NCBI GenBank assembly: GCA_038087875.1
Contig: CM075989.1
Location: forward strand, 22,384,001 to 22,448,000
DNA length: 64,000 nt
Direction of reading: 5' to 3'
Origin: Malacoraja senta
Lineage: Eukaryota
Each line of letters opens with the position of its first letter. Positions within the stretch are counted from its first letter, which is position 1. Made by a program: the position numbers and the translations under genes. Below the pieces are notes generated by a model that did not search any database, was not told the DNA's origin, and was given only the letters and a program-made list of their open reading frames with translations. Below are positions 36,269 to 48,040 of the stretch, one piece after another.

Positions 36269-37520
36269 CACTTTCAGGACTCAATGAGAAGACATTGCTA
36301 CCTTCATATTGGAAACATGGAAACTGTTGATATACTTGGAAGTACTGAAGGATTTAATACAAACTGCAGGCAGTTGTTGACAGGGTAACATCTTCATGTT
36401 TTAGCTGATAGTTTATTTAATTCCTGCCCATTGCAGCCAGCCATTTTCCTCATCTGGACCTCACAACATGTCATAAGTTCATAAGTTATAAGAGCAGAAT
36501 TAAGCCACCCAGTCCTTCAAGTCGAATCTGCCATTCAATCATGGCTGATCTATCTTTCCCACTCAACCCCATTCCCCTGCCTTCTCCCCGTAACCCCAGA
36601 TATCCTTACTAATCAAAGTAAGTAACAAACCAAATCAAAATAGATGTCTTCTTAGACCATGGGACTTTCGAGTCATGGAGTCATACTAAGGAGAGAGAGA
36701 GAAGGGGGCCCGACCACTGCCAACCACTATCAGTCTCCACTGCCCACGTTGCACCAAGGTGTGTGGATACATCTGCAGACCCGCAAGTAGACGACCCTAT
36801 GGAGAGGACTGGATGATCAATGATGATGAGAGTCATACAGTGGGGAAACAGGTCCTTTGGCCCAACTTGCCCACACCGACCCACATGACCCATCTACACT
36901 AGTCCAACCTGCTTGCATTTGGCCCATATCCCTCTAAACCTGTCCTATCAATGTACCGGTCTAAATGATAAGAGGTAGATAGAATAGATGGATAGAATAG
37001 AGATCAATTTAGATAGAATTTTACACTAAGGACCTTCAGAACAATCCATATTATTAAGGTGCATTCAGTACTTTGTTCCATTCAGGAGCAGAATGAAGAT
37101 GGAATTTAGCAAAAACACAAGGGGTACTAAACAGACCTCCCATGAGTAAATCAACACATCCCTTTCTGGGTGAAAGAGGGAAGACACAGAAAATCACCTT
37201 GAAAATGATGGCATCAAGCTGGCTGCCAGAGGAGCATGCATTTACTTGTCTTCCGCCAGATATCACCAGAATACTGAACGGGTAAGCTTGTTTCCTGCTG
37301 ACTGATTTTGGATGTAATAAAGGAAGTGTGAAGAGCTAGGGAATGCAAACATAACTCTCCGAGCACTGGGGAATCAGCCACTTGGTTCAATTACAAAGCT
37401 CGGTCATGTTCTTGCTGGTTGTGATCACTGACTATAACGCATAACAATAACAAGATTCAATGGTTTCATTGAATGCAGATAACTTTGTGAAATTGTAAGA
37501 TTGTCAGCATTCAGCATCTC

Positions 37521-37831
37521 AGTTTCTCAGTTTAGTTTAGAGATACAGCGTGGAAACTGGCCCTTCGGCCCACCGAGTCCGCACCGACTAGCGATCTCCG
37601 CACGTTAACATTACCTTACACACACACTAGGGATAATTTTACACTTATACCAGGCCAATTAATCTACAAACCTGTACGTCTTTGGAGTGTGGAAACTGGA
37701 GATCTCAGAGAAAACTCATGAAGGTCACGGGGAGAACGTACAAACTCCGTACAGACAGCACCCGTAGTCAGGATCGAACCCGGGTCTTTGGCGCTGTAAG
37801 GCAGCAACTCTACCGTTGCACCACCGTGCCG
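37521..37831 (-). mobile_element. HE1-like V-SINE, near full length
   Basis: Reverse complement A/B boxes (ggatcgaacc), V-domain, tail. Confidence 0.92.
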
Positions 37832-37877
37832 TCTCTCAACATTTGATTGATAAGTGTAACTTGCAAGAAGCTCATCC

Positions 37878-38090
37878 TGTAGAAACAAGGAACTGCAGAT
37901 GCTAATTTGCAACAAAAAAAGACACAAAGTGCTGGAGTAACTCAGCGGGTCAGGAAGAATCTCTGGAGAACATGGGTATGTGATGTTTCGTGTCGGGACC
38001 CTTCTTCAAACTGGCCCGAAACGTTACCTATTCATGCTCTCCAGAGATGCTGCCTCACCCATTGAGTTATTCCAGCACTTTGTGTCTTTT
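37878..38090. mobile_element. PLE pseudo-LTR inverted pair
   Basis: aagacacaaagtgctggagtaactca / tgagttattccagcactttgtgtctt arms. Confidence 0.85.
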
Positions 38091-38278
38091 AAAGATCAGC
38101 CTGGTCAGGCTAGTCATCCTATCCTGGCAAACATCATACTCATTGCGAAATAGCACAGGTACTTTCATGTACAATTCATCTTAGTGTGCCTGGTAAACTT
38201 TGAGCATTAGAGGTGCCTTCGCTCCATAGATGCTGCTGCACCCGCTGAGTTTCTCCAGCATTTTTGTGTACCTGCACC

Positions 38279-38565
38279 TAGTTTAGTTTAGTTTAGATTA
38301 GTTTAGAGATACAGCTTGGAAACAGGATCTTTGGTTCACTGAGTCCACACCGACCAGCGACCACCCTATACACTAGATCCATGTGATTGGAGTTGCACAT
38401 CCTACACACACTAGGGGCAATTTACAGAAGCCGCTGCTATTAACTTACAAACCCGCTCGTCTTTGGGATGTGAAAGGAAAGCGCAGCACCCGGAGAAAAC
38501 CCACGCGGTCACAGGGAGAACGTGCAAACTCCGTAAAGACAGCACCCGTGCTCAGGATCGAACCC
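38279..38565 (-). mobile_element. HE1-like V-SINE
   Basis: (tttag)n start, V-domain. Confidence 0.85.
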
Positions 38566-38755
38566 ACACTAACAACGCGGTCACTGAAGGGCCTGTTGCT
38601 ATGCTCTACTGTTCTTTGTTAATATAAAGCTATGCAAACTGGCTGTTTAGTGCAAGCCCTGTTTTAAGTGTTGCTAAGTGTAATACACATTCGCTTGGAT
38701 ATAAATGGGGTTTTTTTGGTCAATGTCATGATTATTTCTGGGTCTCAACTCAACA

Positions 38756-39022
38756 AGGTGGCGCAGCGGTAGAGTTGCTGCCTTGCAGCGCCAGAGACCC
38801 GGGTTCGATCCTGACTATGTGCGCTGTCTGTACAGAGTTTGTACATTTTCTCTGTGACCGTGTGGCTTTTCTCCGGGTGGCTTTTCTCAGGTTTGTAGGT
38901 TAATTAGCTTCAGTAAAATTGTAAATTGTCCCTTGTGTGTAGGATAGTGCTAGTGCATGGGGTGATCGCTACCTGGCACAGACTCGGTGGGCTGTATGTC
39001 CTGTTTCCGTTCTGTATCTGTA
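38756..39022 (+). mobile_element. HE1-like V-SINE
   Basis: Intact A and B boxes. Confidence 0.9.
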
Positions 39023-40443
39023 AATTTTCTGTAAAGTCCAAAGTCAAAATATAACAACAGTTTCGTACATCAATGTTCAGGCTTGTGTGTCCGATGATTT
39101 TTCGGAGGAGTAAAGTTGATCAGCAGGGAAATCTAAGCTGAAGTTTCATCTTCCAGATATTATCAAGCCTTGAGGAAAAAACAAAAAAATGTGGAATTCT
39201 GCAAAGTTTTCCTATCATTGTTCTGAGACACTTTCTATTTATTTAAAAAAAGATCAGCTTCATGCTACTGTTGGAGCTTACACCATTTTATTTTTGGCTC
39301 AATGCAGCTTTGAATAGGTTGGACAAAAGCCTCTCTACACTGAAGCCTTACTGGCCTTGAAATATTGTTCTTGAAATATTGTAAGGAAGATCTTTAAAAA
39401 AGACGTCGAGATGATAGATACTGCAGATGAAGTGGCAATTTCTAAAAAGCATATTTCAGGGTGTCCTTTACGGGTAAGTGGATGCATGTGGAGGTTTCGA
39501 AACACCTGCACAATTCAGGAGGTCTGGTATGTGTGTTTACGTAAGCTGTGTCAGGTTTGTGCTGAAACTCTCAATGAGTCTACATTATGCCAGTCTACCC
39601 GGCATACTTTCAAACCATATAACTTTCGTCAACATCTGACATTAACACACTGACAGCAGCCTGTTAATCAGCACTTGTTTTGAAATATTTTATCCAGATT
39701 GTTTGGACATTTTACAATGTAAGACAGAGGGAGTTAGTTATCGTTTTACAGACTTTCAAGCGGTGATGGCGGGAATGGAGGGGTGCTACAGGGAGGGGTG
39801 TAGAATAAGTTGTTTCACTGTTTAAATTGAAAGCACTCTGTCATCATTCACGGAGTAACACTGATTGATGAGACGTTGAATAAGTATTGGTTTTTGTTAA
39901 ACATGACAAAGTGAAAGATTTACGGGCAGTGGTTGAAGAGGTTTAGAAAGGTCTGGCAATGGTTCAGTGCCCTGTTATGGCAGAAATGACCTCTGGCCCT
40001 TCAAGAAAAAGTCAGTAAAATACACCAGCTGCCGCTCCAGCTTATTGATTTACAACATGTTTAGTATTTGCTAGTTTTTGAAGAGTCCCAATAATGTTTC
40101 GCAGCGAACAATTAAAAAGAAAGTTCGAAGTTTGAGGTAGAAAATTGTAAACTTTTCACAGCCGAGTGACAACTAAATTAAACTTAAGAAAACACATGTA
40201 GCCTTGTTCACCTCGGTTGCGCTGTCAGCAACAACAGAATAAAGTAGAGGAAGACTCTTTTAGAGGAGATTTGCATCTCATCGAGTAGGCAGTGTATTGC
40301 GACGTAGTAAAGATCAGTAACGCTAAGTTGTAAATGTTTAATAATCTAAACCCTGAACCTTTGTTGTAACCAAATGTAGCCACCATGTTGGTCATCAAAT
40401 AAATCTCTGATAGTCATAACACGTGCATTGTAAACAAGAACTA

Positions 40444-40714
40444 GGGCAGCACGGTGGCGCAGCGGTAGAGTTGCTGCCTTACAGCGCTTGCAATGCCTGA
40501 GACCCGGGTTCGATCCCAACTACGGATGCAGCCTGTACGATGTTTGTACATTCTACCCGTGACCGCATGTGTTTTCCCCGAATTTCCCCACACATTCCAA
40601 ATGTTAATTGGCTTCGGTGAAAATGTTAAATTGTCCCTGGTGTGTAGGATAGGCCTAGTGTATGGGGATCGCTGGTCGGTGGGGCGATGGGCCTGTTTCC
40701 ATGCTGTATCTCTA
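40444..40714 (+). mobile_element. HE1-like V-SINE
   Basis: A box tggcgcagcgg, B box ggttcgatcc, tail. Confidence 0.9.
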
Positions 40715-40805
40715 AAAAATATATACTGGTTTATACCAAAGATAGACACAAAATGCTGGAGTAACTCAGTGGGTCATGCAGCACCTCTGGAGAAAAATAA
40801 TAGGT

Positions 40806-40833
40806 GACGTTTCAGGTCAGAACCCTTCTTCAG
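40806..40833 (-). ncRNA. Minimal hammerhead motif (PLE unit 40725-40836)
   Basis: Reverse complement = ctgaaga-a-gggt(tctg)acct-gaaa-cg-tc. Confidence 0.5.
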
Positions 40834-41527
40834 ACTATATAAGGGACACTTATACCAGGTAGTCTATTCATCCCAATATGGTTTTATAATGAACATATTA
40901 TATTACATGTAGGGTTTTTTTGTCACAGCAAATTTTCACCATAGTCAGGAATGGCACCAACATCAATGAAAGGATGATTCTGTTTATTTTCCCAACACAC
41001 CATTGGCAATATATTAATACTCAATCTTTGTTGAAGATTTTCAGTTCCTTCTCTCCTGAATCCTGAAACATTATTCTGGAGCAGTGTCCCATGCAACATA
41101 GTGAAGTAATGCATACGTTAACTAATATAATACTGGAAGGGAATTTAATTCTAAACAGTATTTGATGAACAAAACATTAGCTTAACACGAGGCCAAGTCA
41201 TGTCTACCAATTTGTTACTTCACGCGATGATCACAGAATCGGAACCCTGGGATCTCAAGGAACATGTTGTAGACACAAGGTACTTCCTTAATAATGAGGA
41301 GTGCAAAGTATTCCAAGTTGCAAAGAGACAACTAAAGGATTTACCATTACAGAAGTACTAAGATGGTGTTGGCTAGGTAAGCAGTTATTGCCATTCCTGT
41401 ATAGGAAGGAACTGCAGATACTGGTTTAAACCAAAGATAGACATAAAATGCTGGAGTAACTCAGCAGGTCAGGCAGCATCTCTGGAGAAAAGGAATAGGT
41501 GACATTTCGGGTTGAGGTAATGCCAGT

Positions 41528-41555
41528 CTGAAGAACGGTCTCGACCCGAAACGTC
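41528..41555 (+). ncRNA. Minimal hammerhead motif (inverted PLE pair 41400-41617)
   Basis: agt-ctgaaga-a-cggt(ctcg)accc-gaaa-cg-tc-act; 3-bp stem I, one stem II mismatch. Confidence 0.5.
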
Positions 41556-43299
41556 ACTTATTCCTTTTCACCAGAGATGCTGTCTGACCCGCTGAGTTAC
41601 TCCAGCACTTTGTGTCCAGTTTAAGGTGCTATTCCTTTTCAGATTTGTATATTCATTTGCCCCATCATTTACTAAAGTCGTAAGTAATCTTATTGTTGAA
41701 TATGCATGGTGACCAATCACCCTTATCTAACTATCTCCGGCTTAAAAGCTTTCAAGTACTTCTGTCCCCCTTTGAGGAAAGAGACTTCCAATATTCACGT
41801 TCCTCAAGAAAAAAAAAAGTAAGCTTATCCCTATCTAAATGTGCCACCCTTGCGTCTTACACAGTCGCTGCTTCACATACAAGAGGAAACATCCTCTCCA
41901 CGTTCACTCTGTCAAGACCCCTCAGTATCTTTATATATTTCAATCAAGCCCGCTCTCGCTTTCCTAAGCTCAGCACAAAAGGGGCCTCCTCATCTCCTTC
42001 AGTCCGTGCAGTCTCTGCGCCCGATCTTTCCCCTTCATCCGCTGCCAGTTCATTAACACTTCTCAATTCTGTACCGAGCTGGTATCTTCTGTTCATTTCA
42101 AAAGCAGGAAAGGTCTTAGCATCGCGCGCCTTCAATCACGCTGCCAATCCAGCCTCTCCGCCGCCACTCAAAATGGATTTCCAAATCCTCCTCTGAGTGT
42201 AACTCTTTAAAAAGATTTCATACGCAGCAGGGGTGTTGCAAACATTGAGAAGGTTGGGTGGTGGGAGGAGGGGTTGGGGCTGGGGGGGGGGGGGGGAGGT
42301 GGAGTTGCATTTCCCAACAAAAAAATGCCAGATTTCCATGACATCAATTGAAGGTCAAGGTTCAATTTTCACTCCCTTTGAAAAGACAATGGGAGTCTTA
42401 ACTTACTGTCTCCCTTCTATGCACCCCGAAGACCCCATGCTTTCTTGGTATAGATATGCTAAGGACATTGTGTAGACTAACAACAGTGATGTCTTAATGC
42501 TACTCTGAAAATTTGGCAATCACCATTGATTTATAAAAAATATATAAAAGCAATGTGGGCATTTTACAAGCAAGGAGGTCAGTGAAGGATAATTCTTTGC
42601 CAATGTTAGCATCGCTTTCCCAAGCTCAAGATATGAATAGTTGGACATCACTTTACTTTTTACATATCAATTCCTTTTTTGTTTTCAACCCAGCTTTGAC
42701 AGCTTAATAAGCCTGTTGTTTTGCCATCAAGCCATTTTCTTTTCTAGAATTTTCTAAGAGACACGAGTGGTGGTAGCATGGTTTGATTGTCAATTGGGTC
42801 TGCGCCACATTGCTGAAGCATCCAAGGCAAAGTTCCACAGAGATAGATGCAGACCATCGAACCATTGAACAAATGTTACAAGGTCATTCTAAAACTCGGT
42901 TTGGGACAAATTCAAAAGCAAGTACAACTCTTCCCTGATTAAAGTTGCGATGTATTATTAACAGTTTCTGTCTCCACAGAGTACTCAGAGTATTCCCACC
43001 ACTTTCTGCTATTTAGTTTGCTTCTAACATCTACAGTTTATTCCTTTATAATTATTTCCTTCTCTTTACAACAATACAAAAAGAAGCCAATGAGCTCATG
43101 TGAAATTAATTCTATTGCTTCCTTCAAGTTTCACCTCTTGAGAAGGTTGCGTTTGATTATAGACCTCTTCTCCTTAAGATAGACACAAAGTGCTGGGGTA
43201 ACTCAACGGGTCGGGCAGCATCTCTGGAGAAAAGGAATGGGTTTCAGGTCGGGACCGTTCTTCAACCTCATCTAATGCATCTGCTGTTCCAGGTGGGTG

Positions 43300-43511
43300 T
43301 CAACTCCGCTCAGTCCGTCTTAAACCAACCAGATCGCCCGGTTGCTCAGCACTTCAACTCCCCCTCCTATTCCCAATCTGACCTTTCTGTCCCAGGCCTC
43401 CTCCATGGCCAGAGTGAGGCCCAGCGCAAACTGGAGGAACAGCACCTCATATTTCGCTTGGGTAGTTTACACCCCAGCGGTATGAACATTGACTTCTCTA
43501 ATTTTAGATAG
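43300..43511 (+). pseudogene. PLE GIY-YIG endonuclease C-terminal remnant
   Basis: PVAQHFNSPSYS..DLSV.GL.H.....QRKLEEQHLIFRLGSLHPSGMNIDF*: VA.HF, R..E..I..L..P.G.N pattern of PLE endonucleases. Confidence 0.85.
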
Positions 43512-43622
43512 CCCTTGCTTTCTCCCTTCTTCCCCTCCCCCTTCCCAGTTCTCCCACAAGCCCTACTGTCTCCGCCTACTTCCTTTCTTTTTCCCGCACC
43601 CCCCCCCTCCCCTGATACCAGT

Positions 43623-43650
43623 CTGAAGAAGGGTCTCGACCCGAAACGTC
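43623..43650 (+). ncRNA. Minimal hammerhead ribozyme motif
   Basis: ctgaaga-a-gggt(ctcg)accc-gaaa-cg-tc, ~110 nt after the GIY-YIG stop. Confidence 0.65.
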
Positions 43651-44619
43651 GCCAATTCCTTCACTCCATAAATGCTGCCTCACCCGCTGAGTTTCTCAGC
43701 ATTTTTTGTCTACCCGGTTTTTCCAGCATCTGTAGTTCTTTTTTAAACAGGCAGGTGGGACCAGAGTAGATGGGGCATGTTGGCCAGTGTGAGCAAGTTG
43801 GGCCAAAGGGCCTGTTTCCATGCTGTCTGAATCTATGACTCTCTATATCCTGAGAGGTTCTCATGCCTGCTTTCCCAATCAGTCATCGTGGCTGGAAAAG
43901 GATCAAAATTGGGCCAGAGTTCTCACACACCCAGACCAGTTCTCTGTCTCACCAGTCAAAGGACAACAAAAAATTGGTGCAAAGAAAATTCTCAGGCACA
44001 CAAAAAAAAACCAGCTGAATTTTACATGCTCTCCTAAATTTCTCATTTCCGCTGGTCTCAGCTTTATCCGATAAGACCTGGGCGTCTTTCTAAATTGCCC
44101 CTACAGTGTTACAATATGAGTGGTTCGATATCACTGGCTTTGAAACTCGAGATAGACTGTGGGAAAAGCCACAAGCCAGGGCAAAAATAAAAATCAATTA
44201 AGGGATGAAAAAGCGGTGTAAACACGGTCAGACTCAAAAACCTCACTGTGGTTTTAAAGAGTCCTGTACATTTGGTTCGATATAATTATTCCAATTTCCC
44301 AAAGAGACTGCAGAGAAACAGTCAATTTAGATAAGGAAACACGTGTTGACGCGTCATTTTATACCCTCTATAAATGGAGCCAATATAATGGATTAAAACA
44401 GAGAATTTATTGGAATTAATCTAATGATGGAAATAAATGTCACAGTAAGTACACGTGGATACAAAGATGAGCGAGCATTGCTTTAAGGCAAGTGGGGCAA
44501 AATGTAAAGGAGATATGTGAGGGAAGTTTTGTTTAAAGAGTATGATGGGTGCCTGGAACATGTCACAAGGGTGGTGGTGGAGTTAGATATGATAGTGGCA
44601 TAAACAAGGGTTTTGGAAA

Positions 44620-44925
44620 GAATTATCAGGCAACTGAACCATCCTACCACAACTAGAGAGCATTCCTGAACTACTGTCTACCTCTTTGATTGGACTTCAC
44701 TGGCTTTACCTTGCACTAAGTGTTATTCCTTTATCATGTATCTGTACACTGTGAATGGCTCGATTGTAATCATGTATTGCCTTTCCGCTGACTGGTTAGC
44801 ACTTCCATGACAATACATGACTACAATTGCTTTTCACTGTACCTGGGTACCCGTGACATTAAACCAGACTTTCTCGAAGGCTTTTCACTGTACCTCGGTA
44901 CAAGTGACAATAAACTGAACTGAAC
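44620..44925 (+). mobile_element. Rex1/Babar tail (rearranged) inserted in a CR1 fragment (~44475-45040)
   Basis: ttatcaggcaactgaaccatcc..cttttcactgtacctcggtac twice. Confidence 0.8.
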
Positions 44926-45279
44926 AAGGAAGGGATGTGGATCATGTGCAGATAGAGGAGATAAAACATGAGCAGGTTAAACATGATAATCGGCAAGGAT
45001 ACTATAAGCCAAAGTGGTTGTGCATGTTCTGAACTGTTCTTCCTTTATGTCCTGTGTTTAAATTGCCGATGTTAATGATACGACAAGGAATTGGTACTTT
45101 CACCCCCAAATTGTATTGATCTGTATATGTGATGCCAGTGTCTTTCTCAGTCAGTGAAGCAGTAATCCAACCACTGGAGTCATAGAGTCACACAGTGTGG
45201 AAACAGAACCTTCGGCCCAACTTGCCCACACTGACCAAGATGCCCTGTATATACTGGTACCACCTGTCTGTGTTTGGCC

Positions 45280-45479
45280 NNNNNNNNNNNNNNNNNNNNN
45301 NNNNNNNNNNNNNNNNNNNNNNNNNNNNNNNNNNNNNNNNNNNNNNNNNNNNNNNNNNNNNNNNNNNNNNNNNNNNNNNNNNNNNNNNNNNNNNNNNNNN
45401 NNNNNNNNNNNNNNNNNNNNNNNNNNNNNNNNNNNNNNNNNNNNNNNNNNNNNNNNNNNNNNNNNNNNNNNNNNNNNNN
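45280..45479. other. Assembly gap (200 N)
   Basis: Run of N; a minus-strand CR1 tail (45178-45279) is cut by it. Confidence 1.
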
Positions 45480-46269
45480 TGGCAAGGTTCATGGCAGCCT
45501 CATTTGAACAGATGTTCAAAATGCAACGTTATGTAGAAGCGGTGCCACATCTTTGCAGGAGTACGTGCAACATCTCTATTCTATGATATGAACTGGTTGT
45601 CAAGGTGCCTTACACACACAATGTATGAACGCTCGTGTTTAGCGCAGGTACCAGGAGGTGTCAGATAATGGTGTCCCGCTGAGGAAATAGAAAGTAATAA
45701 CGGATTCAGTAGCTTCTGATGACATTGGAAGTGTGAAAGTGAAGCAATCTTCTACTTCGCCAGAACTGCAAATTGCTGCCTTGTACGCCTGCCAGGTGGT
45801 TGAGACTTTTTAATATTTATCTCTGAAGGTTTTGAGTTTCTTACCACGCCACTGAGAAACAAATGATGCAACAGCTAAGCTAATGCCAGCAATAGTGAGA
45901 GAGACCTGTACGTATGAGGCATTATGTGGCTGGCGTTACTGAAATATCATGGGGTTTCCTAACAGCGGATAATGAGGATAAAGAAATAACAATATGTAAC
46001 ACAATTCCACTTCACACTAAACCTCTACTTCTTGGTGAGTTTCAGAACAAGACCCGATTCATTTCCTGTCTCTGCTCTCATGTCTGTGACTTCCTCTAAA
46101 GAAGCCCTTCAGGTATTGCTCGGTAACCTAATCGCAAATATTCTTTTGCTGAACATTCTCCTTTCCATGTTGATTCCTGGTTTTATATATATTCCCCCTG
46201 GAGACAACTTCACACATTGCCAGTCTTTGATCCCTTCCCCATCTCTTTCAGTCCTAGACGTAGAGTTAT

Positions 46270-47078
46270 ACATACAGTGTGGAAACAGGCCCTTCGGCCC
46301 ACCGAGGCCGCGCCGACCAGCGATCACCCCCCAAAACTAACACTATCCTACACACTGGGGACAATATATAATTGTTTACCAAAGCCATTTAACCGACAAA
46401 CCTTTTTATTTATTTTCTTAAACCTTATAACCTAAATTGTGAAAATGAAGAAAAGGGAAGAAAGAGAAAGCAAGAAAAGAAGAAAGGAAAAAGTGAAAAG
46501 ATAGAGAAGAGAAGAACGAGAAAAAGTCCCCTAAACTACCAAAGCAGTGAAGCAGAAAGATAGAGGAATAAGAAAAAATGGAGATATACCTTGCCCCTCT
46601 CCCCCCCCCCCCCCCCCCCCCGCCCGCCTCACCCAACATAGCATCGGATTTCAATTTAAATTTGTGTTTCACCATACTATTGTTGTAAAAATTCAGTGAA
46701 GGGTGCCCATGTCTTAAGAAATTGATCTGTTTTTTCCGCCAAGACAAGCCTAATGTTGTCCAAATGTAGTGTCTCGGACATGTCCGTATTCCACATCTTC
46801 ACTGTAGGGACTGTTGTCTGTTTCCAAAATGTAAGTATTAATTTTTTCGCCGTTATTATGCCATAGTTGAGGAAACGTCTTTGGAATATCGTTAACTTAG
46901 AACAGGCCTTAACCTACAAATCTGCGCGTCTTTGGAGTGTAGGAGGAAACCGGAGAAAACCCACGCGATCACAGGGGAGAACGTACAAACTCCGCATAGA
47001 CAGCACCTGTAGTCAGGACCGAATCCTGGTCTCTGACGCTGTGAGGCAGAAGCTCCACCGCTGCTCCACCATGCCGTC
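46270..47078 (-). mobile_element. HE1-like V-SINE split by an L1 insertion
   Basis: Tail half 46270-46403, V-domain/head half 46909-47078. Confidence 0.85.
46404..46908 (-). mobile_element. 5'-truncated L1-clade fragment
   Basis: Minus strand ..FLNYGIITAKKLILTFWKQTTVPTVKMW..TLHLD..DQFLKTWAPFTEFLQQ*, homologous to the 1906..2367 peptide. Confidence 0.88.
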
Positions 47079-47753
47079 CCTAGACTCTAGCAAGATGAGT
47101 TGAAATTAAAGTTTAAATTATAAGGTAATATAACAAGCAGAAAATTCAAGCGATACTGAAATATTGAGAGTTTCACCGGGCTCCAAGATGTAATATCTCC
47201 AGTTAGCTGGCGGATGGCTCCTCTTTGCGGAGATTAGTATGGGTGTCAGGGGTTATGGGGGGAATGGGGTTGAGAGGGAAAGATAGATCAGCAACGATTG
47301 AATGGCAGAGTAGACTTGATGGGCCGAATGGCCTAATTCTGCTTCTATAACTTGTGAGCTTGTGAAGGTGGAGAACTAGTGCCAATGTTTCAGGTCTGAG
47401 ATTCCTGAGCAGGTCTGTTTTTAATGACAGGATATCATATGATTTAGATGAGAATGTACTCATGCTAGTGTTTCCCATATGCCTTTTGCTCTGGTTTCTC
47501 TTGCTGTGGAAGTTTGCGGGGTTTGGGAGACGTTGGCCGAAGAGATATTATTGCAAGATGTCAAATCATCTTCCTGGTGTAAAGGTAAAACACAAAGTGC
47601 TGGCATAACTCAGTGGGGCTGGAGGCATCTATATAGGGAATGGATAGGCAATGTGTTGTATCGGGACCCTTTTTCAAAAGGCTCTGAAATGGATAGACCC
47701 AAAACGTCACCTATCCATTCCCATTACAGATGCTGCCTGAGCCATTGAATTAC

Positions 47754-48040
47754 TTTAGTTTTTCAGTTTTCGAGATACAGCGTGGAAACAAGCCCTTCGG
47801 CCCACTGAGTCCGCACCGACCAGCAATCCCCGCACATTAACACTGTCCTACACACACTGGGGACAATTTACACATACACTAAGCCAATTAACCAACAAAC
47901 CTGAGTGTGGGAGGAAACCAAAGATCTCGGAGAAAACCCACGCGGTCACGGGGAGAACGTACAAACTCCATGCAGACAGCGCCCGTAGCCGGGATCAAAC
48001 CCGGGTCTCCGGTCTCTGGGTCTCTACCGCTGCGCCTCCT
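47754..48040 (-). mobile_element. HE1-like V-SINE (partial re-copy at ~48110-48185)
   Basis: Reverse complement V-domain and tail. Confidence 0.88.

Larger units (their letters stand above)
43177..43745 (+). mobile_element. Penelope-like element 3' portion with an inverted 5' pseudo-LTR
   Basis: Inverted unit 43177-43265; GIY-YIG C-terminus to 43511; pyrimidine-rich UTR; pseudo-LTR 43620-43745. Confidence 0.88.

Noticed and set aside
45151..45586. ORFs spanning 45.2-45.5 kb
   Set aside because: Artefacts of the 200-N gap.
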